Below, piece after piece: positions 8,139 through 16,652 of a stretch of 42,140 nt of DNA; within the stretch, counting starts at the first letter, position 1; each line of letters opens with the position of its first letter. This stretch comes from a virus. Lineage: Duplodnaviria > Caudoviricetes. The notes below the pieces were generated by a model. The model did not search any database. It saw nothing but the letters and a program-made list of their open reading frames with translations, and had not been told where the DNA came from. The DNA is taken from IMG/VR virus record IMGVR_UViG_3300042884_000608, positions 1-42,140 of that record. The stretch is one strand, 5' to 3'. Made by a program: the position numbers and the translations under genes.

Positions 8139-9850
8139 AACAAGACAAACCAATAGACTGGGAACAAAAACCCAAACAAACTGCAAAGAAACCTAAAGCG
8201 GAACGCGCAACAGCAGTAGCACCTGAAACCGATAAAAAAGGCTTTATAGGTGGTTATTTTCGCCCATTAGGTTGGGGCATTGAAGATGGTCAAATGCTTT
8301 ATTATTTTTACATTCGTTCTACTATGTCGATAATAAAGTATAAAGCTGCTGCAATAAACAAGGCTAATTTATTGAGCATTGCGCCTTTAGAATTTTGGCT
8401 TTTGTCATTTCCGAACCGCGATAGTAGTAATTACGATGTAACAACGGCAGCGGATTATCTTATAAATTTTTGCAATCATGTAGGATTTTATAATACTGAA
8501 AACATACGCGGGCGCGGTGCATGGCAGGAAAAAAACGGGGTTGTATTTCATGCAGGGCAACAGCTTATACAAGATAAAAAGCGCTACAATTTAGGTGGCT
8601 TAGATACTAAATATAGCTATGTTTATAATAAGGCTATTGATATGCCTATTGAAGCGCCGTTGCTGCCTACTGAGGCGGGAATGCTACCAAAGATATTAAA
8701 CAAGCTAAATTGGCAAACTAAAGCCGATGCAATATTTTTATCTGGTTGGTTAGCCTTAGCCCCTATTAGTGGTATTTTAAAGTGGCGGCCTCACATTTGG
8801 ATAACGGGCCCGCGCGGCAATGGCAAATCATGGGTATTGGAAAATATAGTAAATGAAATTATAGGCAACATTGCTGTAAGTGTTCAAGGTACGGCGGCAA
8901 CAGAACCAGCGGTAAGGCAAAAACTAAATAGCGATGCACTACCTGTTACAATTGATGAAGGCGAAGGCAATGATGAACGGTCGGCACAACGTATGCAGGA
9001 AATAATAGGATTAGCCAGGGCGGCAAGTTCTGAAAAATCACCCGCTATTGCTAAAGGCGGCAAAGATGGAAAAGCTATTGATTATTTTGTGCGAAGCTGT
9101 TTTTTATTTGTAAGCATAAACCCACAGTTAGTAAATGATTCTGATAAGCGCCGTTTTTGTGTTTTGGAATTAAAGAAATTATCTGACCCGAAAATGTTTA
9201 ACGAAGTTGAAAAGCTAAAGAATAAAATAATATTTGAAGACTTCGGTCCACGTTTTCAGGCGCGAATGTTAAACTTAGCAGACAACATACAAAAAAGCAT
9301 AAAGCTATTTACACACGCCGTATCGCTTATAACTGAAGACAGGGCAGTAGGTGACCAGTTCGGGGCACTTATGGGCGGTTGGTGGCATACGTTGCACGAT
9401 GACTCTGTAACGCCCGAAGTAGCACTTGAAGAAGCTGCAACTATTTTGGACATGCGCAAATATGAAGAAGACAAAGAAGACTTAACAGATGAACAAAGAT
9501 GTTTGCAGCAAATACTAAGTCAGGAAATACGAATAGAAGCGGAAAATTACGTAGGCACAAAAACCGTTGGCGAACTTGTAGAATGCGCACACAACTATCA
9601 GCCAAGTGTAAGACCATCGCAAGCGGAGGCAAACGAAAGGTTAATGCGGTTAGGCATTCGCGTTATTGCTGATGACTTATTGATACTGAATAATTCAGTT
9701 TTTGTAAAAAAAGTTTTGAATAATACACCTTGGCAAATATCATGGAATACTATATTATTAAGGCTTAAAGGTGCATCACGCCGAAGTAATACGCGTTTTG
9801 CGGCTGGCATGTCGGGGCGTTGCGTTTCAATAAATTTAAAAAATTTATAA
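8135..9850 (+). CDS. P-loop DNA helicase (primase-helicase C-terminal type, no primase domain)
   Basis: Walker A GPRGNGKS, Walker B VTIDEGE, SDKRRF; IRGRGAW motif. Confidence 0.8.
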   Translation: MKQDKPIDWEQKPKQTAKKPKAERATAVAPETDKKGFIGGYFRPLGWGIEDGQMLYYFYIRSTMSIIKYKAAAINKANLLSIAPLEFWLLSFPNRDSSNYDVTTAADYLINFCNHVGFYNTENIRGRGAWQEKNGVVFHAGQQLIQDKKRYNLGGLDTKYSYVYNKAIDMPIEAPLLPTEAGMLPKILNKLNWQTKADAIFLSGWLALAPISGILKWRPHIWITGPRGNGKSWVLENIVNEIIGNIAVSVQGTAATEPAVRQKLNSDALPVTIDEGEGNDERSAQRMQEIIGLARAASSEKSPAIAKGGKDGKAIDYFVRSCFLFVSINPQLVNDSDKRRFCVLELKKLSDPKMFNEVEKLKNKIIFEDFGPRFQARMLNLADNIQKSIKLFTHAVSLITEDRAVGDQFGALMGGWWHTLHDDSVTPEVALEEAATILDMRKYEEDKEDLTDEQRCLQQILSQEIRIEAENYVGTKTVGELVECAHNYQPSVRPSQAEANERLMRLGIRVIADDLLILNNSVFVKKVLNNTPWQISWNTILLRLKGASRRSNTRFAAGMSGRCVSINLKNL

Positions 9851-9868
9851 AAATTTTTATAAAAAAGC

Positions 9869-9898
9869 TTGCAATTATAAAAAAGGGTTGTATCTTCG
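9869..9898 (+). promoter_or_regulatory. Host-type early promoter
   Basis: TTG (9869) - 19 nt - TATCTTCG (9891), AT-rich upstream; near twin of the 37698 promoter. Confidence 0.7.
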
Positions 9899-9915
9899 TG
9901 TCAGGATTTGATTAA

Positions 9916-10116
9916 ATGACAACAAAAAAACTTCAGATTATGAAAACTTCAAAAATTCAAACAGGCTACCAAGTTAAGCAATTAGGTTCTTTTTATTGCG
10001 TTGTTTATGTTTTTGCAGACGGAGATGCTACTGTAATGACAAATAAATATTTCAAAACTATATCAGGAGCAGAAAAAGCAATGCAAAAAATTAAAATAAT
10101 GGCAGGCGCTTTATAA
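9916..10116 (+). CDS. Small hypothetical early protein
   Basis: First ORF after the promoter; start may be ATG 9940. Confidence 0.65.
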   Translation: MTTKKLQIMKTSKIQTGYQVKQLGSFYCVVYVFADGDATVMTNKYFKTISGAEKAMQKIKIMAGAL

Positions 10117-10186
10117 AATAACCAGCCTTAGGGGTGCAGCATCCAACCAACTGCAATTTTTTAACAAACTTCAAAACTAACTAACA

Positions 10187-10396
10187 ATGGAACTAAAAAT
10201 GTATTTAGCTTATGATGGTACTTTAATGATACATCAAGTTAATCAAGCGGGCAAAGATTTATTTTTTCAAGTCGATATTAAACGCGGTTACAATACCAAC
10301 GAATCAGACTTAGACAATCACGAAGATGAAGCCGACTACTTTAAAGCATTAAAACAATCTATTGCTAACAAATTTAACTTAGAACAAGAATCATGA
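10187..10396 (+). CDS. Hypothetical protein
   Basis: 69 aa; ATGA overlap with the next gene. Confidence 0.65.
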   Translation: MELKMYLAYDGTLMIHQVNQAGKDLFFQVDIKRGYNTNESDLDNHEDEADYFKALKQSIANKFNLEQES

Positions 10397-10710
10397 AAGT
10401 ACAAACAGAAATAACCGAATACGATAATGATAACAACGCTTATCTTATTGAAATTACAGCCGAATATGTAGATTTTGAACGCGGTGAACGTGACAGCTTT
10501 GGCGTGCCTTTAGAACCTGATTTTGATGCACATTTTATTATTGAAGACATTTATATTGGCGATAAAAATTATTCTTTACATGAACTTGCAGAACTATTAG
10601 ACTATTCTTTTAGCTATGTAAGCGAAATGATACAAGATGCTTTAGGCGATAAATTAGAATCAGATTATGAACTATACAACGAACTACAATATGAAAACAA
10701 TTATTATTAG
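10393..10710 (+). CDS. Highly acidic hypothetical protein
   Basis: 105 aa, very D/E/Y rich, few K/R. Confidence 0.7.
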   Translation: MKVQTEITEYDNDNNAYLIEITAEYVDFERGERDSFGVPLEPDFDAHFIIEDIYIGDKNYSLHELAELLDYSFSYVSEMIQDALGDKLESDYELYNELQYENNYY

Positions 10711-10846
10711 TGCCTTAATTGGCATTTTATTCGGCTTAACAGCTGGTTTAACACTCGAAAAATTATATCTTATGTTAGCACTTGCATTTATTGGCGGGAC
10801 ATGCCTTGGTATCGGTTTAATTTTGTTAATTGATAAAAAGAAATGA
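10691..10846 (+). CDS. Small two-TM membrane protein (not in ORF track)
   Basis: MKTIIISALIGILFGLTAGLTLEKLYLMLALAFIGGTCLGIGLILLIDKKK*, fills the gap between neighbours. Confidence 0.65.
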   Translation: MKTIIISALIGILFGLTAGLTLEKLYLMLALAFIGGTCLGIGLILLIDKKK

Positions 10847-10847
10847 T

Positions 10848-11060
10848 ATGACAGCAGTAGAATGGTTAAAATTTAGATATAAAAATAATATCAATTTAAT
10901 GGATTATGATTTTAATCAAGCCCTTGAAATGGAAAAGCAGCAGATAATTGATGCTTATGTAACACCACTATCAAAAGAATTTTGGTTTAAAAAAGATGAC
11001 ATATTTAATCAACAAGCCGAACAATACTACAATGAAACATATAAAAAAGAAACAAAATGA
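10848..11060 (+). CDS. MTAVEWL-family small phage protein, copy 1
   Basis: MTAVEWL...QALEMEKQQIIDAY...YYNETYK. Confidence 0.75.
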   Translation: MTAVEWLKFRYKNNINLMDYDFNQALEMEKQQIIDAYVTPLSKEFWFKKDDIFNQQAEQYYNETYKKETK

Positions 11061-11263
11061 CAGCAGTAGAATTTTTAGCAAAACAAGCATTAAATTATTT
11101 AAATGATGAACAAGAAAATCATTTTATAAAAGTAATTCAACAAGCCCTTGAAATACAAAAACAGGAGATGTTACATTTTTGGCAAGGTGGTTTATTGGCA
11201 AATGAATCAGGCGGTAAAAACTTTGAAACGTATTACAACGAAACCTATAAGCCCTCTACTTAG
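11057..11263 (+). CDS. MTAVEWL-family small phage protein, copy 2
   Basis: MTAVEFL...QALEIQKQ...YYNETYK; paralog of the upstream gene. Confidence 0.75.
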   Translation: MTAVEFLAKQALNYLNDEQENHFIKVIQQALEIQKQEMLHFWQGGLLANESGGKNFETYYNETYKPST

Positions 11264-11375
11264 CGCTGAGTATGGAACGAAGATAATACAAATAAGTATT
11301 CCAAATCGTATGTTGGCACTGTTAGCGTTCAGGGGATAATTTAAAAACGCATTTTTAAAACTAAATTACTAAACT

Positions 11376-11573
11376 ATGAAAATTAAAAAAGGTAATATAT
11401 TTCACATTGAATATTCAGAATGGGTTTCACTTGAAGATGAAAATAACCTTGGATTTACTTGTAAATGCACTTTTACTGCAAACACAGGATTTAAAATTGG
11501 AGATTTATATTATCTTAATAGCAGAATGTTTAATTTAAAAGTAGGTAAACATCCTAAAAACCACACACCATGA
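11376..11573 (+). CDS. Hypothetical protein
   Basis: 65 aa; A-rich leader; ATGA overlap. Confidence 0.6.
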   Translation: MKIKKGNIFHIEYSEWVSLEDENNLGFTCKCTFTANTGFKIGDLYYLNSRMFNLKVGKHPKNHTP

Positions 11574-12091
11574 AAACAATAATCTTAATCTTAGCAGTAA
11601 TATTATTTACATCTGGAACTTTTCCAGCGCTAAAAAAACAGCCTGCACCAAAATACATAGATAGCTATATAAAACGCTTTGTAAAGACAGCGCAAAACGA
11701 AGCTAAGCTATTTAATATTCCCGTTAGCATAACATTAGCGCAGGGCATTATAGAAAGCAATGCAGGGCGTTCAGCACTTAGCCGCAAGCATAACAATCAC
11801 TTTGGTATTAAACACAGCGGAAAAGGTAAATATGCAATTTACAAAGACGATACGCCGCGCGATAAATTTCAAGTCTATAAATCGCCGTGGTGGTCATATC
11901 GGGCGCATAGTAAACTACTAACTTCAAAGCGTTACAAACATCTTACACGGCTAAATAGATTAAATTATAAAGCATGGGCACACGGTTTAAAAAAGTGCGG
12001 CTATGCAACCGAAAAAAAATACGCTGAAATACTAATTTCTGTAATAGAAAAATACGACCTTTGGCAATATGATTTTCCAATTTTTCCATGA
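11570..12091 (+). CDS. Secreted GH73 glucosaminidase (FlgJ-like peptidoglycan hydrolase)
   Basis: Signal peptide; IPVSITLAQGIIES, NNHFGIK, GYAT..KYA. Confidence 0.9.
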   Translation: MKTIILILAVILFTSGTFPALKKQPAPKYIDSYIKRFVKTAQNEAKLFNIPVSITLAQGIIESNAGRSALSRKHNNHFGIKHSGKGKYAIYKDDTPRDKFQVYKSPWWSYRAHSKLLTSKRYKHLTRLNRLNYKAWAHGLKKCGYATEKKYAEILISVIEKYDLWQYDFPIFP

Positions 12092-12329
12092 CAAAATAAA
12101 AGGCGATGAATGGTATGTAGTTGAACAATTGCCAGGCGGTAATTATAAAGCTATTTGCACGCGTCAAACTAAAGTCTATAAATTAGGCTCAGTAAGAAAC
12201 TTTTTTTTCGATGATTGCGAAATATGGACAAAAGGAAAATTAAAACCTAATAATCATTCTTTAACACTTAAAACAAAATACGATGGTAAACCGCGTAACA
12301 CTAATCGGTCGGGTCGGAAAAGAACCTGA
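12069..12329 (+). CDS. Hypothetical protein
   Basis: 86 aa overlapping both neighbours. Confidence 0.55.
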   Translation: MIFQFFHDKIKGDEWYVVEQLPGGNYKAICTRQTKVYKLGSVRNFFFDDCEIWTKGKLKPNNHSLTLKTKYDGKPRNTNRSGRKRT

Positions 12330-12645
12330 ACAAAAAACATTTGGCGAAAAAACATTAACAAAATTTAGCTTTGCAACATCTGAAAGTAGCAAAGACAAAA
12401 ACGGCGAATGGCAGGAAAAAACACAATGGCACAATGTCAGCTATTGGAATAACATTACAATCGAAAAGGGCGATATGTTATTCATTGAGGGCAAAGTAGA
12501 ATACCGTGAGCATGAAGGGAAATATTATACTGATATTATCGCCTCATATTGCAGAAAAATGAACACAGGCCAAAAAGCCACGCCCGTAGAAGTTGAAGTT
12601 ATAACCAATTCAGTTAAAAATAATGATGCTGATTTACCGTTTTAA
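12283..12645 (+). CDS. ssb: Single-stranded DNA-binding protein
   Basis: VNRVTLIGRVGKEPE, TQWHNV, IEGK, C-terminal DLPF. Confidence 0.95.
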   Translation: MVNRVTLIGRVGKEPEQKTFGEKTLTKFSFATSESSKDKNGEWQEKTQWHNVSYWNNITIEKGDMLFIEGKVEYREHEGKYYTDIIASYCRKMNTGQKATPVEVEVITNSVKNNDADLPF

Positions 12646-12713
12646 CTTGTAAATATTAAATAATTATCTTATTTTTATTTTAGATTTTAGTTTTCATTAG
12701 TCTTTTGGTTTGG

Positions 12714-12747
12714 GCCGCCTGTTTTTGAAGTTCAGGCGGTTTTTTTT
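12714..12747 (+). terminator. Rho-independent terminator
   Basis: GCCGCCTG/CAGGCGGT stem followed by a T run. Confidence 0.85.
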
Positions 12748-12759
12748 AAAAAATAAGAT

Positions 12760-13227
12760 ATGTATTTTACCTTTGAACAAGCGATGCAATTGATAAAGCC
12801 AAACGGCGCTAAGAATGCTAACTATGCAGCAACGCGAATTAGACAATTGATAAATTTTGGATATTTAACCGAGGGAAAACCCGAAATATTTGTAAAGCAT
12901 TTTGATTCCTACATAAGTTTAGGCAATATAAAAACCGAAGGCTTAGTCAATGCCGAATCAGTTTATAATTATATCCAGCATCGAAGCGATTTAAAGCAAA
13001 AGTTAGGTAAAATACCTAAACAAAACAGACAGGTTAAGGCGATATTTTCAGATGAAACATTTAGCACGTTTATGTCTATTGATGCAGCATGTATATTTTT
13101 TGGAATTTCAAGACCTAAAATAATGCAAAGCATAAAGAAAAATAAAGCCATTGAAGTTCCTATAAGAACAACTGTTAAAAATGACATAGACAGCGAAATA
13201 AAAACAGAATTGGTAAGGTTTATTTAA
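12760..13227 (+). CDS. Hypothetical DNA-binding protein (NUMOD1-like HTH at C-term)
   Basis: FMSIDAACIFFGISRPKIMQSIKK. Confidence 0.6.
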   Translation: MYFTFEQAMQLIKPNGAKNANYAATRIRQLINFGYLTEGKPEIFVKHFDSYISLGNIKTEGLVNAESVYNYIQHRSDLKQKLGKIPKQNRQVKAIFSDETFSTFMSIDAACIFFGISRPKIMQSIKKNKAIEVPIRTTVKNDIDSEIKTELVRFI

Positions 13228-13237
13228 AAATACAGAC

Positions 13238-13594
13238 ATGTTCAACGAATTAGCAAAAGAAATACACGAAGGTAACGCCGCGCGGGGTTTTTGGGAAGGT
13301 GAGCGCAAATTAACAGAAGTTGTAATGCTAACTGTTTGCGAATTAGCCGAGGCAATAGAAGCAGACCGCTCTGGAAAGTGGGCAACTGAACAAGATATTC
13401 TACAATACAAAAATATTAGCACGCTCGAACGCTTTAAGGAAAATATTAAAGACACGGTACAAGATGAAATAGCCGATGCCATTATAAGGCTTTTGGATTT
13501 TAGTCATAAGTTTAATATTAACTTAGATTTTCACATTGCAGCAAAATTAGATTACAATGCTTCTAGACCCTACAAACATGGAAAAGCCTATTGA
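13238..13594 (+). CDS. MazG-like NTP pyrophosphohydrolase
   Basis: ELAEAIEADR, DEIADAIIRLLD, KLDYNASRPYKHGK. Confidence 0.85.
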   Translation: MFNELAKEIHEGNAARGFWEGERKLTEVVMLTVCELAEAIEADRSGKWATEQDILQYKNISTLERFKENIKDTVQDEIADAIIRLLDFSHKFNINLDFHIAAKLDYNASRPYKHGKAY

Positions 13595-13883
13595 TAGTAT
13601 CGTAGAATCCGTTATAGCGAAGTTTAAAAAGCGTTCTGATGTAGGAATACAAAAGTATGGTAAAACGCTTGATAGAACCGATTTAAACTATCAGGATTGG
13701 TTAAACCATATTCAAGAGGAACTTATGGATGCCATTTTATATTGTGAACGTTTAAAAAAAGAAACTGAACACGAATTTGGGCGCGGCTATTTTGCAGCTG
13801 CTGAAATTATAAAAACTAAAGACAAAGAAATTGAATTACTAAAACTTAAAATTATTGAACTTGATGCTAACACTAAATTCTAA
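13578..13883 (+). CDS. Conserved phage protein (possible all-alpha NTP-PPase-like fold)
   Basis: RSDVGIQKYG.TL...WLNHIQEELMDAILY. Confidence 0.7.
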   Translation: MEKPIDSIVESVIAKFKKRSDVGIQKYGKTLDRTDLNYQDWLNHIQEELMDAILYCERLKKETEHEFGRGYFAAAEIIKTKDKEIELLKLKIIELDANTKF

Positions 13884-14574
13884 TTCTTTAGCCGTTGTAA
13901 GGCTACAAATGCAACTTAGACAGCTTGACTTCTATGCTGGTTTAATTGATGGATTCTATGATGAAACAATGCGAAATGATGTTATAGAATTTCAAAAACA
14001 TTATAACTTAGTTCCCGATGGAATAGCAGGGCCTAAAACCTTAACAGTTGCAAATACTGTTTGCGCCGATGGATTCCATACCTTGTTTTTGCATTGTTCT
14101 GCGGGTCCTGAATTTCGCGATGCTAAAGCTGAACAAATAATAGCTATGCACACGTTGCCCGTTTCAAAAGGCGGCCGCGGTTGGTCTAAGCCTGGCTATG
14201 CTGATGTAATTGAAACGAGCGGCAAACTTGTTAACATTTGGAAATACAATGAAGATAATCTTATAAATGAATGGGAACAAACATGGGGCGTATTAGGTAC
14301 AACGCTACTAAATAGAAATGCCCGCCACGTTTGTTATATCGGTGGTATGACTGCCGATATGCGAATGCCTAAAGATACAAGAACCCCAGGTCAATTACTT
14401 ACAATGTACAATTACGTTCATGATATTGTAAAGCATAACCCTAAAATAATTATTGCAGGTCACAACCAAGTGCAGAACAAAGCATGTCCAAGTTTTGATG
14501 TGCCTAAATATTTAGAATCAATTAAAATACCTGCTTTTAACATTGCTAACTGGTCAAGCAAACTAAAGATATGA
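13864..14574 (+). CDS. N-acetylmuramoyl-L-alanine amidase with N-terminal PG-binding domain (endolysin)
   Basis: LQ..L..L.FY.G.IDG...FQK...L.PDGIAGPKT; LHCSA, HVCYIGG, DTRT, GHNQ..NKACPSFDV. Confidence 0.92.
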   Translation: MLTLNSNSLAVVRLQMQLRQLDFYAGLIDGFYDETMRNDVIEFQKHYNLVPDGIAGPKTLTVANTVCADGFHTLFLHCSAGPEFRDAKAEQIIAMHTLPVSKGGRGWSKPGYADVIETSGKLVNIWKYNEDNLINEWEQTWGVLGTTLLNRNARHVCYIGGMTADMRMPKDTRTPGQLLTMYNYVHDIVKHNPKIIIAGHNQVQNKACPSFDVPKYLESIKIPAFNIANWSSKLKI

Positions 14575-14747
14575 CACAAACAGAAAAACACCGATTAAGG
14601 CGAATTTTGGAATACAAAAAAGGCTATTGTGACGCGTTGCTATGGATTCAAAATGAAGAACCATATGATGAAGAATTAGAACTAAGGATTGACATATATT
14701 TACATAAAATTGAAGAACTTGAAAACAAACTGAAAGGACATGACTAA
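14571..14747 (+). CDS. Small hypothetical protein (not in ORF track)
   Basis: 58 aa MTQTEKHRLRRILEYKKGY...KLKGHD*, ATGA overlap with the amidase. Confidence 0.65.
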   Translation: MTQTEKHRLRRILEYKKGYCDALLWIQNEEPYDEELELRIDIYLHKIEELENKLKGHD

Positions 14748-15150
14748 TGAAGAAAAAAAAGCGGCACTAATCGCTAAAGTTGGTGAGCAAAAAGTAAACG
14801 AATTAACGCAAAATATTTGGTTGTTATTAGGGTCACTAAAAACTGCAAAATATGCCATTGCTCAATTCGAACCAAACAAGCTAAAATTTGAAATGAAAAA
14901 GCGTTTTTTGGACTTGCATACAGCTATAAACCTATTTGTTAATACATTTGAAAAGGCTGCAAATCCCGATGAACGCGAACTATTAAATACTACTTCTTAT
15001 GAAAACGTTGGCGCGGTTGCTGAATTGATAGCCATGGCAATAACGTTACCTGAATCACAGATTGAATGGTATTTAGATGAGTGCAAAAAATTAACTTATG
15101 TAGCTTTTAATAAATCACAAAATGAACTGCGTAGCGAAAGCGGTCAATAA
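14740..15150 (+). CDS. Hypothetical protein
   Basis: 136 aa helical ORF in operon. Confidence 0.7.
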   Translation: MTNEEKKAALIAKVGEQKVNELTQNIWLLLGSLKTAKYAIAQFEPNKLKFEMKKRFLDLHTAINLFVNTFEKAANPDERELLNTTSYENVGAVAELIAMAITLPESQIEWYLDECKKLTYVAFNKSQNELRSESGQ

Positions 15151-15520
15151 ATTGTTTCCTAATCAGGATACAAGCGAATTTCATAACAGAACCTTAGGCG
15201 TTGGCATGGGTGATATTCAACGAATGATACCTACTGATTTATCTGTTTGGCCTGTTTATTGCAACCATTACAAATGCTTAAATTTTGACCTAACAAGGCA
15301 GCTACCTAAAACGAATGATTATATACCTATATTTCTGTTTCATTCGCAAATGAATGATAGGTTTAAGTTGCATTGTGAGTTTGCACTATGGGATAGAAAC
15401 ACGGTTGTAGTTAATGACATAGAACACGATGCTGATTTTTATTTCAAGCGTCACAAAGTCGTTCAGGTTGCAGCCTTAATAAAATTTGAAACACACGAAA
15501 TACTAATAGCTAAAAAATGA
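15122..15520 (+). CDS. Hypothetical protein
   Basis: 132 aa; N-terminal NCV and later His on a beta strand loosely recall papain-like folds (weak). Confidence 0.6.
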   Translation: MNCVAKAVNKLFPNQDTSEFHNRTLGVGMGDIQRMIPTDLSVWPVYCNHYKCLNFDLTRQLPKTNDYIPIFLFHSQMNDRFKLHCEFALWDRNTVVVNDIEHDADFYFKRHKVVQVAALIKFETHEILIAKK

Positions 15521-15699
15521 AAGATTTACCGACATTTGAAGAAACTTTTGAACGCCAATTATTTGAAGCGGGCGAAATCAAAAAGTTTTATAATAACGGC
15601 TACATAATAGTAAATGAACTTTGGCTTAGAAACTTTCATAAGTTAGCACAAACAGAAAAACCGCTGCATATCACTACGCAACGGCCTGAGAACACATGA
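15517..15699 (+). CDS. Hypothetical protein
   Basis: 60 aa; ATGA overlap; last + strand gene before the convergence point. Confidence 0.55.
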   Translation: MKDLPTFEETFERQLFEAGEIKKFYNNGYIIVNELWLRNFHKLAQTEKPLHITTQRPENT

Positions 15700-15722
15700 A
15701 AACAAAAGAGCAAAACAGTAAA

Positions 15723-16163
15723 TTATTCACCTGTAGGTTTATCACTTGCAGGCTTTTTTAATATATCTTTAGGGTTAGGAATAAAGCCTTTAAAGTAACC
15801 GATAATGTCCACGCCTGTTGTTTGTGAAACGTTTTCGAAAATTGATTTTAGCTCAATGCCACAAACAAACATAGCAACGTAATAAGATAACGTAAATTCA
15901 AGGTCAAGCATCCATGTAAAAACTTGACTACTTATAATTGCTAAACAATAATCATTCATTTTTGAAATGGTTCTTCTAAAACCGCGCGACTGTATTTTTT
16001 CTTTTAATGCCCTTGCTTTTCGAACGCCTGTCATAAAATCTACTAATAGCAAAAATGAAAGGCAAATAATAAGCGGCTTTAAAATGAAAAGTTGTTGCTT
16101 TATTTCGGGCAAAACTTTCATAAAATAATTAAGCGAATCGGCGGTCAAAGTCAGGGAATCCAT
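15723..16163 (-). CDS. Holin (phage holin family 4-like)
   Basis: LLLVDFMTGV.KA...IQSRGFRRTISK...ELKSIFENV; 2-3 TM segments. Confidence 0.85.
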   Translation of the reverse strand: MDSLTLTADSLNYFMKVLPEIKQQLFILKPLIICLSFLLLVDFMTGVRKARALKEKIQSRGFRRTISKMNDYCLAIISSQVFTWMLDLEFTLSYYVAMFVCGIELKSIFENVSQTTGVDIIGYFKGFIPNPKDILKKPASDKPTGE

Positions 16164-16651
16164 TATGAGATTTTAATATAACGTGAAATAATAACCGCGG
16201 CAGGCGTACCTATAAAGATAAACCACCACGGCAGGGGAACGAATATAACAAAGAATGTAAATGTAAATAGTGAAACCCATGTACCAAAGCAGATAGGGCA
16301 TGCGCCAGCCATTGACCACGGGTTATTTTTCATATTGTTTTCGACATCATTATAAACGTGTTCAACTTGCTGCAAATAGTCTTTGTAAATAATATCAGCT
16401 TGTTCAGCGGTTTTATTTTCAAGTTGACCTTTTAGCTGAATATCACGTTTTATTTTCCAAGAGTTATATTTATCCCATACGCGGTTTTTTTCTTTGTCTT
16501 CGAAGTCTAAGTAGCGTTTAGAAATAAACTTGCCGTAAGCGGAAAATATACGCCCTGTATAGTATTCGCCCTGCACAGGTGAACCAATGCAATAATGCAA
16601 AAACTTAATTATGCAGGCTGCAAATATAGATAGTGTTATAAGGGATAGCAT
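16163..16651 (-). CDS. Membrane protein with CPxC motif (DUF1360-like)
   Basis: N-terminal TM; ACPICFGTWVS followed by two hydrophobic segments. Confidence 0.65.
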   Translation of the reverse strand: MLSLITLSIFAACIIKFLHYCIGSPVQGEYYTGRIFSAYGKFISKRYLDFEDKEKNRVWDKYNSWKIKRDIQLKGQLENKTAEQADIIYKDYLQQVEHVYNDVENNMKNNPWSMAGACPICFGTWVSLFTFTFFVIFVPLPWWFIFIGTPAAVIISRYIKIS

Positions 16652-16652
16652 A

